A DNA stretch of 64,000 nt from Chitinophaga pinensis (GTDB taxonomy: Bacteria; Bacteroidota; Ignavibacteria; Kapaibacteriales; Kapaibacteriaceae). Where the stretch lies: positions 50,675 to 114,674 of the forward strand of contig CALRYC010000003.1 in the NCBI GenBank assembly GCA_943372295.1, read 5' to 3'. The notes beneath the pieces were generated by a model, which worked only from the letters and a program-made list of their open reading frames with translations, was not told where the DNA came from and made no database searches. Made by a program: the position numbers and the translations under genes. Below are positions 39,024-46,809 of this stretch, piece after piece (within the stretch, counting starts at the first letter, position 1; every line of letters begins with the position of its first letter).

Positions 39024-40834
39024 GGCTTACAGGTGCTCTCGTTGCACTCCTCATTCACTCCCGCGATCCGAGGATTGACAGAATAGATCCGCCCCACTGG
39101 TGGTCCGGAATGGGCGTCGACACGTTGGAACTCCTGCTGGAGGGGGCCAATTTACAAGGGCGCATGCTACGCCTCCAGGGCCAAGGGGTGTCCCTCATTT
39201 CCGTCCGCCCGGCCGGTAACGAACGCTACAACTACGTACGCGTGCACATCGCGTCGACAGCGCCGGCACAGACGGTGAGGATCATTGCCGAAGGGCGTCC
39301 GGCCGACACGGCTGTGTTTGAGTTGCGTCAGCGAAAGACGCGCAGAATCGGCAGAGGGCTGGATCCGTCAGATGTGATGTATCTGGTCATGGCAGACCGG
39401 TTTGCCAATGGCGATACGACCAATGACGTTGTCGTCGGTATGCGGCAGGATACGCTTGATCGTAATGACCCGCATGGACGTCATGGGGGAGATCTTGCCG
39501 GCGTGCGGCGGCACGTGGGGTATCTCGACTCGCTTGGGGTTACGGCGCTCTGGCTGTGTCCGGTTCTGGAGAACGATGAACCCCGTTCCAGCTACCATGG
39601 TTATGCGATCACGGATCACTATCGCGTCGACCCGAGAATTGGCACCAATGATGACTACCGTCGGCTGTCCGACGAGTTACACGCACGCCGGATGCGGCTA
39701 GTGATGGATGTGGTATTGAACCACATCGGAGATCAGCACCGACTGAACGTAAGACCACCTGACGGTGACTGGATCAATCAATGGCCCGAGTACACGCAAA
39801 CAAGCGGACGCGAGAACACCAACTTTGATCCGTATGCCACAGAGCAGGACAAGCGTTGGTTCCGTGGCGGATGGTTCGACCGCATGATGCCCGACCTGAA
39901 CACGTCCAACCCGCATGTTCAGCGGTATCTGCTTCAGAATACGATCTGGTGGATCGAAGAGGCCGGCATCGACGCCCTGCGGGTAGACACCTACACGTAT
40001 CCTGATCAGTCGTTCATGGACAAGTGGAACGCCGAAGTGCGGAGGGTGTTTCCGGACATCTTCATCTTCGGTGAGACATGGGTCGAGAGTCATGCCTCCC
40101 AGGCCTACTATCTGGAGAATTATCCGTTCAACCCCACATCACGGCTGCAGTCAGTCACCGACTTCCAAGCCTACAACGCGCTGCGGGATGTACTTACGCA
40201 GAAGTCAGGATGGGATGCGGGTGTCGGACGGCTCTATCGCACGATGGCTGCAGATTACATGTATGCAAGTCCAAATACACTGGTGACATTCCTTGACAAT
40301 CATGACTTGCCCCGAATCGCAGGCATTGTTAACGGCGACGTGCGCAAACTGCGTATCGGGCTGGCGCTTCTTCTTACGCTACGCGGGATACCGTGCATCA
40401 CCTACGGAACGGAATGCGGTTTTTCGAGCACGACAGATCATGGTACCATCCGGCAGGATATGCCAGGGGGCTGGCCAGGCGAATCGAACCAGTTCGGCCA
40501 TGCACGTTCTGAAGAGAACAGACAATGGTCTGAGTGGCTTCGGAAGCTTCTGAACTTCAGACGCGCGCACCCGGCCATGTCGAGCGGAGTGATGAAACAC
40601 GTCACACCGCAGGATGGTGTTTATGCCGTGGCTCGATACAACAACCAAGAGACTGTGGTCTGCATCATCAACGCCGACGAAAAAGCGCGAACCTTCTCAC
40701 TCAGGCGTCTCGACGATGTGTTGAAGGGTGCGCGAAAAGTACGCGCTGTTCCGTCTGGACGTGAGTATCTGTTGACCGATGACGTGCAGCTGGCGCCGTA
40801 CGAATCAATGCTCATGGTGTTCGATGCAAAGTGA
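39017..40834 (+). CDS. GH13 alpha-amylase family enzyme (cyclomaltodextrinase/neopullulanase-like, with a Cyc-maltodext_N domain)
   Basis: IDRIDPPHWWSGM N-domain. DVVLNH, GIDALRVDT, FGETW and FLDNHD catalytic regions. Confidence 0.88.
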   Translation: MTWLTGALVALLIHSRDPRIDRIDPPHWWSGMGVDTLELLLEGANLQGRMLRLQGQGVSLISVRPAGNERYNYVRVHIASTAPAQTVRIIAEGRPADTAVFELRQRKTRRIGRGLDPSDVMYLVMADRFANGDTTNDVVVGMRQDTLDRNDPHGRHGGDLAGVRRHVGYLDSLGVTALWLCPVLENDEPRSSYHGYAITDHYRVDPRIGTNDDYRRLSDELHARRMRLVMDVVLNHIGDQHRLNVRPPDGDWINQWPEYTQTSGRENTNFDPYATEQDKRWFRGGWFDRMMPDLNTSNPHVQRYLLQNTIWWIEEAGIDALRVDTYTYPDQSFMDKWNAEVRRVFPDIFIFGETWVESHASQAYYLENYPFNPTSRLQSVTDFQAYNALRDVLTQKSGWDAGVGRLYRTMAADYMYASPNTLVTFLDNHDLPRIAGIVNGDVRKLRIGLALLLTLRGIPCITYGTECGFSSTTDHGTIRQDMPGGWPGESNQFGHARSEENRQWSEWLRKLLNFRRAHPAMSSGVMKHVTPQDGVYAVARYNNQETVVCIINADEKARTFSLRRLDDVLKGARKVRAVPSGREYLLTDDVQLAPYESMLMVFDAK

Positions 40835-40840
40835 TCTGTG

Positions 40841-40848
40841 TAAATTTG
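40841..40848 (+). promoter_or_regulatory. TAAATTTG, matches the Bacteroidota-type -7 element TAnnTTTG
   Basis: Exact word 35 nt upstream of the cytochrome c start. Confidence 0.3.
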
Positions 40849-40882
40849 TCCGGCAGTTTATCGGAAGTTCACACAGGAACGT

Positions 40883-41311
40883 ATGAAGCACGGCTCTGCA
40901 CAGCTTTTGCTTTTTGTTTTACTCTCGTTCGGCGCACATGACCTCAATGCCGGCCGGACCGACTCTTTGCAGGCTCGTGGCGCGAGACTGTACCAAAATT
41001 ATTGCGAACGCTGTCACGGCACAGACGGAGCCGGATCGGTGAACATCGTTCGCAACAATGTTTGGGCAAAGGAACCTACCGATCTGGTAAAGATCATAGC
41101 CTTCGGTGCACGCGGCCCATCGGCCTCGGGTAACGGCTTTCATCGTGCGATGCCACCAGCCCCCTACAACGACGAAGAGATCGCACTGGTAACGATGTAC
41201 ACGATGCAGTCCATCGGGAAGCGTGACGTTGTGATCTCCACAGACGAGGTGCGACGTGCCCGACAGCAGCATCTTGACAGTGTGCAGCGCAAGATCAAGA
41301 ACAAGCGCTGA
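40883..41311 (+). CDS. Monoheme c-type cytochrome
   Basis: Signal peptide, CERCHG heme-binding motif, and a distal Met context (HRAMPP). Confidence 0.8.
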   Translation: MKHGSAQLLLFVLLSFGAHDLNAGRTDSLQARGARLYQNYCERCHGTDGAGSVNIVRNNVWAKEPTDLVKIIAFGARGPSASGNGFHRAMPPAPYNDEEIALVTMYTMQSIGKRDVVISTDEVRRARQQHLDSVQRKIKNKR

Positions 41312-41320
41312 TCTGACAGT

Positions 41321-42052
41321 TCAAAGCAGGTCAGCCAGCGATCGAACCGCCAGCGGCTCTACAGCCAAAAAACCCTCTGCATAGGTGGTCCCAATGCGGC
41401 CGCCAAAGTAGCGTGCACGGGCTTCGATCTCCTCGATGAAACCGGGTCGCGAGATGAAGGTCACGGGTTCTTCCGCAGCATAGGCGCCCGGAACGTGGAA
41501 CTGTGAGGCGAATGCTCGGATCGATGCCATCTTCGCCTCATACGTCGCGGTAATGTCGACGTACACATCGGCATGACGTGGAAAGTCATACTGCTGCTGA
41601 TAGCACAGCATCCGCGTTGGACGCCAGGGGTCTTGGGGCTGTCCGTCACGCGTTGTTTCGATCCGTGCCAGTCCGGCAAGAAATGCGGCACGACGCGAGA
41701 TTGCGTGAACAGCCTCGTGATCGGGATGACGTTCCACAGGGGGCGGGATCAGCATCAGCGACGGACGCCAGTGTCGGATTGAGCCCACCAGCGGCATAAC
41801 GTGATCCAGAACGTTATCGATCGCCCCGTCGGGCAGACCCAGGCATTCACGATGGTGGACGCCAAGAATCTGCGCCGCAGATTCGGCTTCCTGTGCTCGC
41901 AGCGCCGGTGTTCCACGTGTTGAGAGCTCGGCGCGTGTGCATTCGACAAAGACAACACGGTGACCTTCTTCTGTGAGGATCTTGATCGTGCCGGCGCAGG
42001 AGAGCTCGACGTCATCCGGATGAGCACACACGACAAGAACGGTCTTGCTCAT
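41321..42052 (-). CDS. bshB1: PIG-L family deacetylase, bacillithiol biosynthesis BshB1-like
   Basis: VVCAHPDDVELSCAGT, STRGT, LGLPDG. Confidence 0.65.
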   Translation of the reverse strand: MSKTVLVVCAHPDDVELSCAGTIKILTEEGHRVVFVECTRAELSTRGTPALRAQEAESAAQILGVHHRECLGLPDGAIDNVLDHVMPLVGSIRHWRPSLMLIPPPVERHPDHEAVHAISRRAAFLAGLARIETTRDGQPQDPWRPTRMLCYQQQYDFPRHADVYVDITATYEAKMASIRAFASQFHVPGAYAAEEPVTFISRPGFIEEIEARARYFGGRIGTTYAEGFLAVEPLAVRSLADLL

Positions 42053-42492
42053 GATGCATCTCCGTTGTGCTCGATCATATCAACGCGCCGTTGATGACGT
42101 CCACCCTCGAACGGCGTTTCGAGGAACATCTTCACGATGGCCCGTGCCTCATCGACCGTGACCAGGCGCTGTCCGACGGCCACCATGTTGGCGTCGTTAT
42201 GCTGCCGAGCCAGCATGGCCATCGTTGTGCTTGTGCAGTTTGCTGCGCGAATGCCCGGAAGCTTGTTCGCCGCGATCGAGATGCCGATGCCGCTTCCGCA
42301 GACCAGCACGCCAAACGTTGCCTGGCCCGTTCGCACGAGGTCGGCAGCGGCCCTGCCGTAATCGGGATAGTCCACCGAATCCTCGGACGTCGTACCAACG
42401 TCGAGCACTGTGTGTCCGTGCTCTGTAAGCATACCCTTAAGGGCTTCTTTGTAGGTGTAGCCTGCGTGATCCGACCCGATCGATATCGTCAT
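42049..42492 (-). CDS. rpiB: Ribose-5-phosphate isomerase B
   Basis: IGSDHAGY, LVCGSGIGISIAANK. Confidence 0.9.
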   Translation of the reverse strand: MTISIGSDHAGYTYKEALKGMLTEHGHTVLDVGTTSEDSVDYPDYGRAAADLVRTGQATFGVLVCGSGIGISIAANKLPGIRAANCTSTTMAMLARQHNDANMVAVGQRLVTVDEARAIVKMFLETPFEGGRHQRRVDMIEHNGDAS

Positions 42493-42935
42493 GACTTTTC
42501 TCCTGTACTTCCAAAGCCACCTGCTGCGCGAGCCGTTTCATCAAGACTCTCAACATGGGTCCACGAAACTTGTTCATGTTTTGCCACCACGAGTTGGGCA
42601 ACCCGTAAGCCCCTTTCGATCACGAAGTCAGTATCCGAAAAGTTGGCAAGGATCACCTTGATTTCACCGCGATAGTCACTGTCGATCGTCCCGGGCGAAT
42701 TCAGCGCAAACACACCGTTCTTCGCTGCCAGTCCGCTGCGCGAACGAACCTGGATCTCATACCCGCGCGGAATGGATACGCAGATTCCGGTCGGCACCAG
42801 CACGACCTTTCCCGCAGCAAGGGTAAGGGGCTCATCAACTGCCGAATGGATATCCATGCCGGCCGAACCATCGGTGGCATAGAAGGGAAGGGGCAGATCA
42901 CGCGCGTGATCGAGCACCTGGATGGGGATGTTCAT
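42489..42935 (-). CDS. dut: dUTP diphosphatase
   Basis: Start at an internal ATG (MNIPIQV). GSAGMDI, RSGLA, GTIDSDYRGE motifs. Confidence 0.92.
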   Translation of the reverse strand: MNIPIQVLDHARDLPLPFYATDGSAGMDIHSAVDEPLTLAAGKVVLVPTGICVSIPRGYEIQVRSRSGLAAKNGVFALNSPGTIDSDYRGEIKVILANFSDTDFVIERGLRVAQLVVAKHEQVSWTHVESLDETARAAGGFGSTGEKS

Positions 42936-42969
42936 TGATTTCAACTTGGTGGAATGACGTGCGAAAATG

Positions 42970-43596
42970 TCACTTGCGGCCAAAATCAGCAGGGTTTTCT
43001 CCCCATTGCGAGGTCTCCCATTTCAGAACCGGGTTGGCGTAGGTGTTGTTGCTGAGCCACTTCTCTGCACGGTCGATGAGCTCAAAAACAGGTGCGTTCT
43101 TATGGGTACGCTGCACGGTCGACTTGATCTTGCGGTTGCGCACCCACGACAGCGCCGTGCGCGAATCGGTGTAGATGGGAAGCACCCAACCATGCTGCTG
43201 ACACAGTGCCAGAGCATGAACGATCGCCAGAAACTCACCGTGATTGTTGGACGACCCCTGATAGGGACCCATCCGAAACAGCTCACGCTGCGTTTCCGTG
43301 TCAACCCCGCGGTACTCCATTACGCCCGTTGTCATATCGCACGCCGCATCCACCGAAATGCTCGGCAGCTTGGCCGCGTGCGCCTTCACGACCGCCTTCT
43401 TCACCGCTTTCCGCGGCGTCAACGGTTCGGGTCCGCCTGCATAGGCCGCTTCTGCTTCCTCTCTGGACTCATACGACTTATACCGCGCCCCCGGAAACCC
43501 ATGGATCTGCTTTTCAGCCACCGTCCACGTGCTATAGACACCCGGCGAATGGCCCACCCACACCACGTACCACTTGGGCTTTTTGGAGGAAGACAT
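42970..43596 (-). CDS. rnhA: Ribonuclease H1 with an N-terminal hybrid-binding (Cauli_VI-type) domain
   Basis: WYVVWVGHSPGVYSTW...YKSYESREEAEAAY (HBD). SNNHGEFLAIVHAL and IYTDS (RNase H fold). Confidence 0.8.
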   Translation of the reverse strand: MSSSKKPKWYVVWVGHSPGVYSTWTVAEKQIHGFPGARYKSYESREEAEAAYAGGPEPLTPRKAVKKAVVKAHAAKLPSISVDAACDMTTGVMEYRGVDTETQRELFRMGPYQGSSNNHGEFLAIVHALALCQQHGWVLPIYTDSRTALSWVRNRKIKSTVQRTHKNAPVFELIDRAEKWLSNNTYANPVLKWETSQWGENPADFGRK

Positions 43597-43613
43597 TGGC
43601 GCGAAGATAGGGG

Positions 43614-43690
43614 GGGACTGGGTACTGGGTACTGGGTACTGGGTACGGGGTACTGGGGACTGGGTACTGGGGACTGGGTACTGGGTACGG
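43614..43690 (+). repeat. Tandem heptamer array, GGTACTG-type x11 (variants GGGACTG, GGTACGG)
   Basis: Read directly. Lies in the divergent region between rnhA (start 43596) and the TPR gene (start 43759). Gives GGG-N4 periodicity. Confidence 0.9.
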
Positions 43691-43758
43691 GTCCATAGCT
43701 CGTGTCAGTTCGAGAATGCAGTATTTTCCTTGGTTACGAATTCAAACTAGAGGGTATT

Positions 43759-44880
43759 ATGACACATATCATTCGACTTGTAATTGTCTTGACGTTTGTT
43801 GTCGCCAGCGTAGCGTCAGTCTATTCCGCTGATGAGCTGGAGCGTAGGCGTAACAACACGATAGATTCGCTTGTTGCAGAAGCGATAACGCTCATGGACA
43901 AGGGCAAATACGAGGAATCACGATCGCTTCTTCTTCAGGCACGTACAGTATCTCCGCAAAGCGTGATGGTGGCCTATGAATATGGCTTCTCCTATCGGTT
44001 AGAAGGGGCTGTGGATTCTGCGATCAAGTATCTCAAGCAGGCAAGCGAGATGCCGGGGACAGCCCCCTTCTTCATTGCTGCTTATGGCTCTCTGCTCGAC
44101 GAGGTGAAGGACACGACAGAGGCACGCAGGGTGTTTAATGAAGGCATCGCAAAGTATCCTGACGGTTACAATCTCTATCATGAACGTGGTGTTCTTAATC
44201 TCCAGCAAGGTAGCATCGACCCTGCTATCGCCGATTTTCAGAGGGCAATTGAACTAAACCCTGAATATGCCCCCTCATACCTTCGCTGTGCCGAAGCGCA
44301 GTTCAGAACAGGTGAGAACACCTTCTGGGGCATGATTGACGGTGAGATATTCATGAATCTCGAACCGGATTCAGAAAGATCCCGTGATTTTGCAAAGGAT
44401 CTTGCTACGGTCTACACTAAGAATATCAAGATCGAAAACGGCAAAGTGTTGGTTTCGTTCTGCAAGGATGCCTCGCAAAAGGAAGACGGAGGTGTGGTGC
44501 TGTACAACAAATCCCGATTTGAAACACCGTATGGGCTCAACGGCTATGAAATGCCTCTCGTCTATGCCGCATCTGCAGAAAAAGAACTCACGCCAGTGGC
44601 ACTGCTCAACATTCGTGTTCGATTTCTCAGCTGGTATGACTCGTTAAAGGTCGACTCTGTGTACGGCCGCAACGTGCTGTTCGATTACCAGCGTAAGATC
44701 CGCCGTGCGGGACACGAATTGGCCTATCACATATGGATTATGGAACGCGCCGTACCTGAGCTCGCAAAGAGATACACCACGAAGTTCCGGACCGAGTATG
44801 ATGCCTTTCTTGCTTGGAGAAAGGAGAACCCTCTCACGATCGATGAGTCCACTGTGTTTCTTCGAAAGAAGTATCAATAA
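43759..44880 (+). CDS. Secreted TPR-repeat protein
   Basis: Signal peptide at an internal ATG. TPR-like repeats (GKYEESRSLLLQA, IADFQRAIELNPEYAPSY). Confidence 0.65.
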   Translation: MTHIIRLVIVLTFVVASVASVYSADELERRRNNTIDSLVAEAITLMDKGKYEESRSLLLQARTVSPQSVMVAYEYGFSYRLEGAVDSAIKYLKQASEMPGTAPFFIAAYGSLLDEVKDTTEARRVFNEGIAKYPDGYNLYHERGVLNLQQGSIDPAIADFQRAIELNPEYAPSYLRCAEAQFRTGENTFWGMIDGEIFMNLEPDSERSRDFAKDLATVYTKNIKIENGKVLVSFCKDASQKEDGGVVLYNKSRFETPYGLNGYEMPLVYAASAEKELTPVALLNIRVRFLSWYDSLKVDSVYGRNVLFDYQRKIRRAGHELAYHIWIMERAVPELAKRYTTKFRTEYDAFLAWRKENPLTIDESTVFLRKKYQ

Positions 44881-44922
44881 CCGTGGTTGACAATCGCGTT
44901 AACACCCTCCATTCAAGCAACG

Positions 44923-45276
44923 ATGAATCTGCACCACATCAAGAGATCCGACTCTTGCCTGAATTGCGGCACACGCTTGGATCCTGAGACCGACCATTAC
45001 TGTCCGTATTGCGGACAGCTCAACAACACACAGAAAGAAACGGTCGGACATCTTTTGCGTGACCTCGTCGAGGAGTTCCTCCACCTCGACTCAAAGGTGA
45101 TGCGAATTCTGGTGCCGCTGATCACGAAGCCCGGAAAGATCGCAAAGGAGTACATCGCGGGTCAGCGCGTACGATACTTTCATCCTGTTCGAATGTTCCT
45201 CACGCTTACGGTGATTCTTTTCATCGTTATGGGGTCTGATAAAAGTCACACGAATGAGCCTGCAGCGAACTCATAA
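44923..45276 (+). CDS. DUF3667-type zinc-ribbon membrane protein, apparently C-terminally short
   Basis: CLNCG...CPYCG zinc ribbon and ITKPGKIAKEYIAGQRVRYFHPVRMFL. Only one TM helix before the stop. May be truncated. Confidence 0.5.
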   Translation: MNLHHIKRSDSCLNCGTRLDPETDHYCPYCGQLNNTQKETVGHLLRDLVEEFLHLDSKVMRILVPLITKPGKIAKEYIAGQRVRYFHPVRMFLTLTVILFIVMGSDKSHTNEPAANS

Positions 45277-45300
45277 GCGCCATTCTTGTGTTCGTCTGGT

Positions 45301-45361
45301 GATGACGAGTGACCGATGACCGGTAGGGTCGCAGCATGCTGCGACCCCACGACCGATGACG
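45301..45361. repeat. Composite element: GATGACN/AGTGACN heptamers flanking a perfect 22-bp palindrome GGGTCGCAGCATGCTGCGACCC (45326-45347)
   Basis: Read directly. The 38 nt at 45317-45354 are identical to 59006-59043. Confidence 0.9.
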
Positions 45362-45364
45362 GCC

Positions 45365-45440
45365 TACCCAATACCTAAAACCCGATGGGCGATGCGGTTC
45401 GTTTCATGAATACCCAATGGGCGAGCACATGGGCTCGCCC
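45365..45440 (+). repeat. Degenerate direct repeats (TACCCAAT x2; ACCC[G/A]ATGGGCGA x2) ending in the hairpin GGGCGAGC-N6-GCTCGCCC
   Basis: Read directly. Confidence 0.6.
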
Positions 45441-45508
45441 CTACGGATGGATGACAACCCCACACCTCAAACCTGAAGTATACAACAGTAAACAGCTGTT
45501 AACAGAAG

Positions 45509-45528
45509 TTGTTATACACTGATAACAA
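45509..45528. promoter_or_regulatory. Inverted repeat TTGTTAT-N6-ATAACAA (candidate operator) in an AT-rich promoter region
   Basis: Perfect 7-bp arms. Located 15 nt upstream of the ATPase start codon. Confidence 0.35.
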
Positions 45529-45542
45529 ATGTATATTCGTTA

Positions 45543-46715
45543 ATGGATTCGCTGAGAAACCCGTTTAGTCCGGGCGCCGGAAGTCCGCCGTATGAGCTGG
45601 CTGGACGAGATACCGTTGTGAACGACGTTATGACGGCAATACGCCGTACGGCGCTTGGACGATCCAGTAAACACATGGTGTTAATGGGTTTGCGTGGTGT
45701 TGGAAAGACCGTACTTCTGGGTGAAATCCGACGCCGTGCCGAATCCGAAGGGCAGGTTGTGGTGTTGATCGAAGCACCGGAAGACCGTTCGTTGCCCGCG
45801 CTGTTGAGCCCCCTTCTCCGGTTGGCACTTCTGAAGATTTCCCGAACCGAGGCAGCGCGCGAATTGGCCTACCGGGGGCTCCGGGTTCTTGCCGGTTTCG
45901 TTTCTGCCACAAAGGTCAAATACTCGGATATCGAGGTGACACTTGACCTTGAGCCAGAACAGGGGACGGCAGACAATGGGGATCTGGAGCACGATCTTGC
46001 CGACGTTGTCGAGGCGGTTGGCGAGGCCGCGAAAGGTTCGGGTAAGGCACTGGTAATCATGATCGATGAATTGCAGTATCTGCCTGCGACACAACTTGGA
46101 CCACTCGTTGCCGCGCTGCACAGATGCTCACAGAATCAACTCCCCGTAACTCTGGTCGGAGCGGGTCTGCCGAATATTCGCGGACATCTGGGCAACTCCA
46201 AGACCTATGCGGAACGTCTGTTCGATTTCCGCTCAATATCAACGCTTACACCCGACGCAACTCGCGATGCCGTTATCAAACCTCTGGCGGCCGAAGGAGT
46301 AGGGATTACGACCGATGCTCTTGACCGCATCATTAGCGACACGCACGGATATCCGTACTTCATCCAGGAATTCGGAAAGCATGCGTGGGACGTTGCAGAA
46401 CAAACTCCTGTGACACATCAGGATGTCGAAGCAGCTCGAGAGTTTGCCGAGGCAACGCTTGACGCAAGCTTCTTTGGCGTTCGATTCGATCGCGTTTCAA
46501 CTTCCGAACGCGAGTATCTGCGCGCCATGGCAGAACTCGGCCCCGGTCCTCACCAATCGGCAGACATTGCCATTGCGATGGGAAAATCTCTGCAAGCAGT
46601 TGCTTCGATACGAAGTCGTCTGATTCAAAAGGGGATGCTCTGGAGCCCTTCCCATGGGGAGGTGGCATTCACTGTGCCCATGTTCGATGAATATCTGCGG
46701 CGGATAATGAAGTAG
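45543..46715 (+). CDS. Orphan AAA/STAND-like ATPase (AAA_16 / archaeal-ATPase type) with a C-terminal winged-helix region
   Basis: GLRGVGKTVLL Walker A and LVIMIDELQYL Walker B. C-terminal EREYLRAMAEL...IAIAMG...S.RSRLIQKGML is wHTH-like. Confidence 0.7.
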   Translation: MDSLRNPFSPGAGSPPYELAGRDTVVNDVMTAIRRTALGRSSKHMVLMGLRGVGKTVLLGEIRRRAESEGQVVVLIEAPEDRSLPALLSPLLRLALLKISRTEAARELAYRGLRVLAGFVSATKVKYSDIEVTLDLEPEQGTADNGDLEHDLADVVEAVGEAAKGSGKALVIMIDELQYLPATQLGPLVAALHRCSQNQLPVTLVGAGLPNIRGHLGNSKTYAERLFDFRSISTLTPDATRDAVIKPLAAEGVGITTDALDRIISDTHGYPYFIQEFGKHAWDVAEQTPVTHQDVEAAREFAEATLDASFFGVRFDRVSTSEREYLRAMAELGPGPHQSADIAIAMGKSLQAVASIRSRLIQKGMLWSPSHGEVAFTVPMFDEYLRRIMK

Positions 46716-46716
46716 A

Positions 46717-46737
46717 ATGTCACGTTTTTGGTGACAT
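46717..46737 (+). terminator. Hairpin ATGTCAC-GTTTTTG-GTGACAT just after the ATPase stop
   Basis: 7-bp stem 2 nt after the stop codon. No clear U-tail. Confidence 0.3.
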
Positions 46738-46809
46738 CTCGCACATAGACTTTCGAAAGGGGCTAAAACCGAAAGGTTTTACCAAACGAACCATTTCGAG
46801 AGGAAGACT

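Noticed and set aside
42967-43698. 243-aa plus-strand ORF ending in GLGTGYWVLGTGYWGLGTGDWVLGTG
   Set aside because: It is antisense to the well-supported RNase H gene. Its repetitive tail is simply the heptamer array read in frame.
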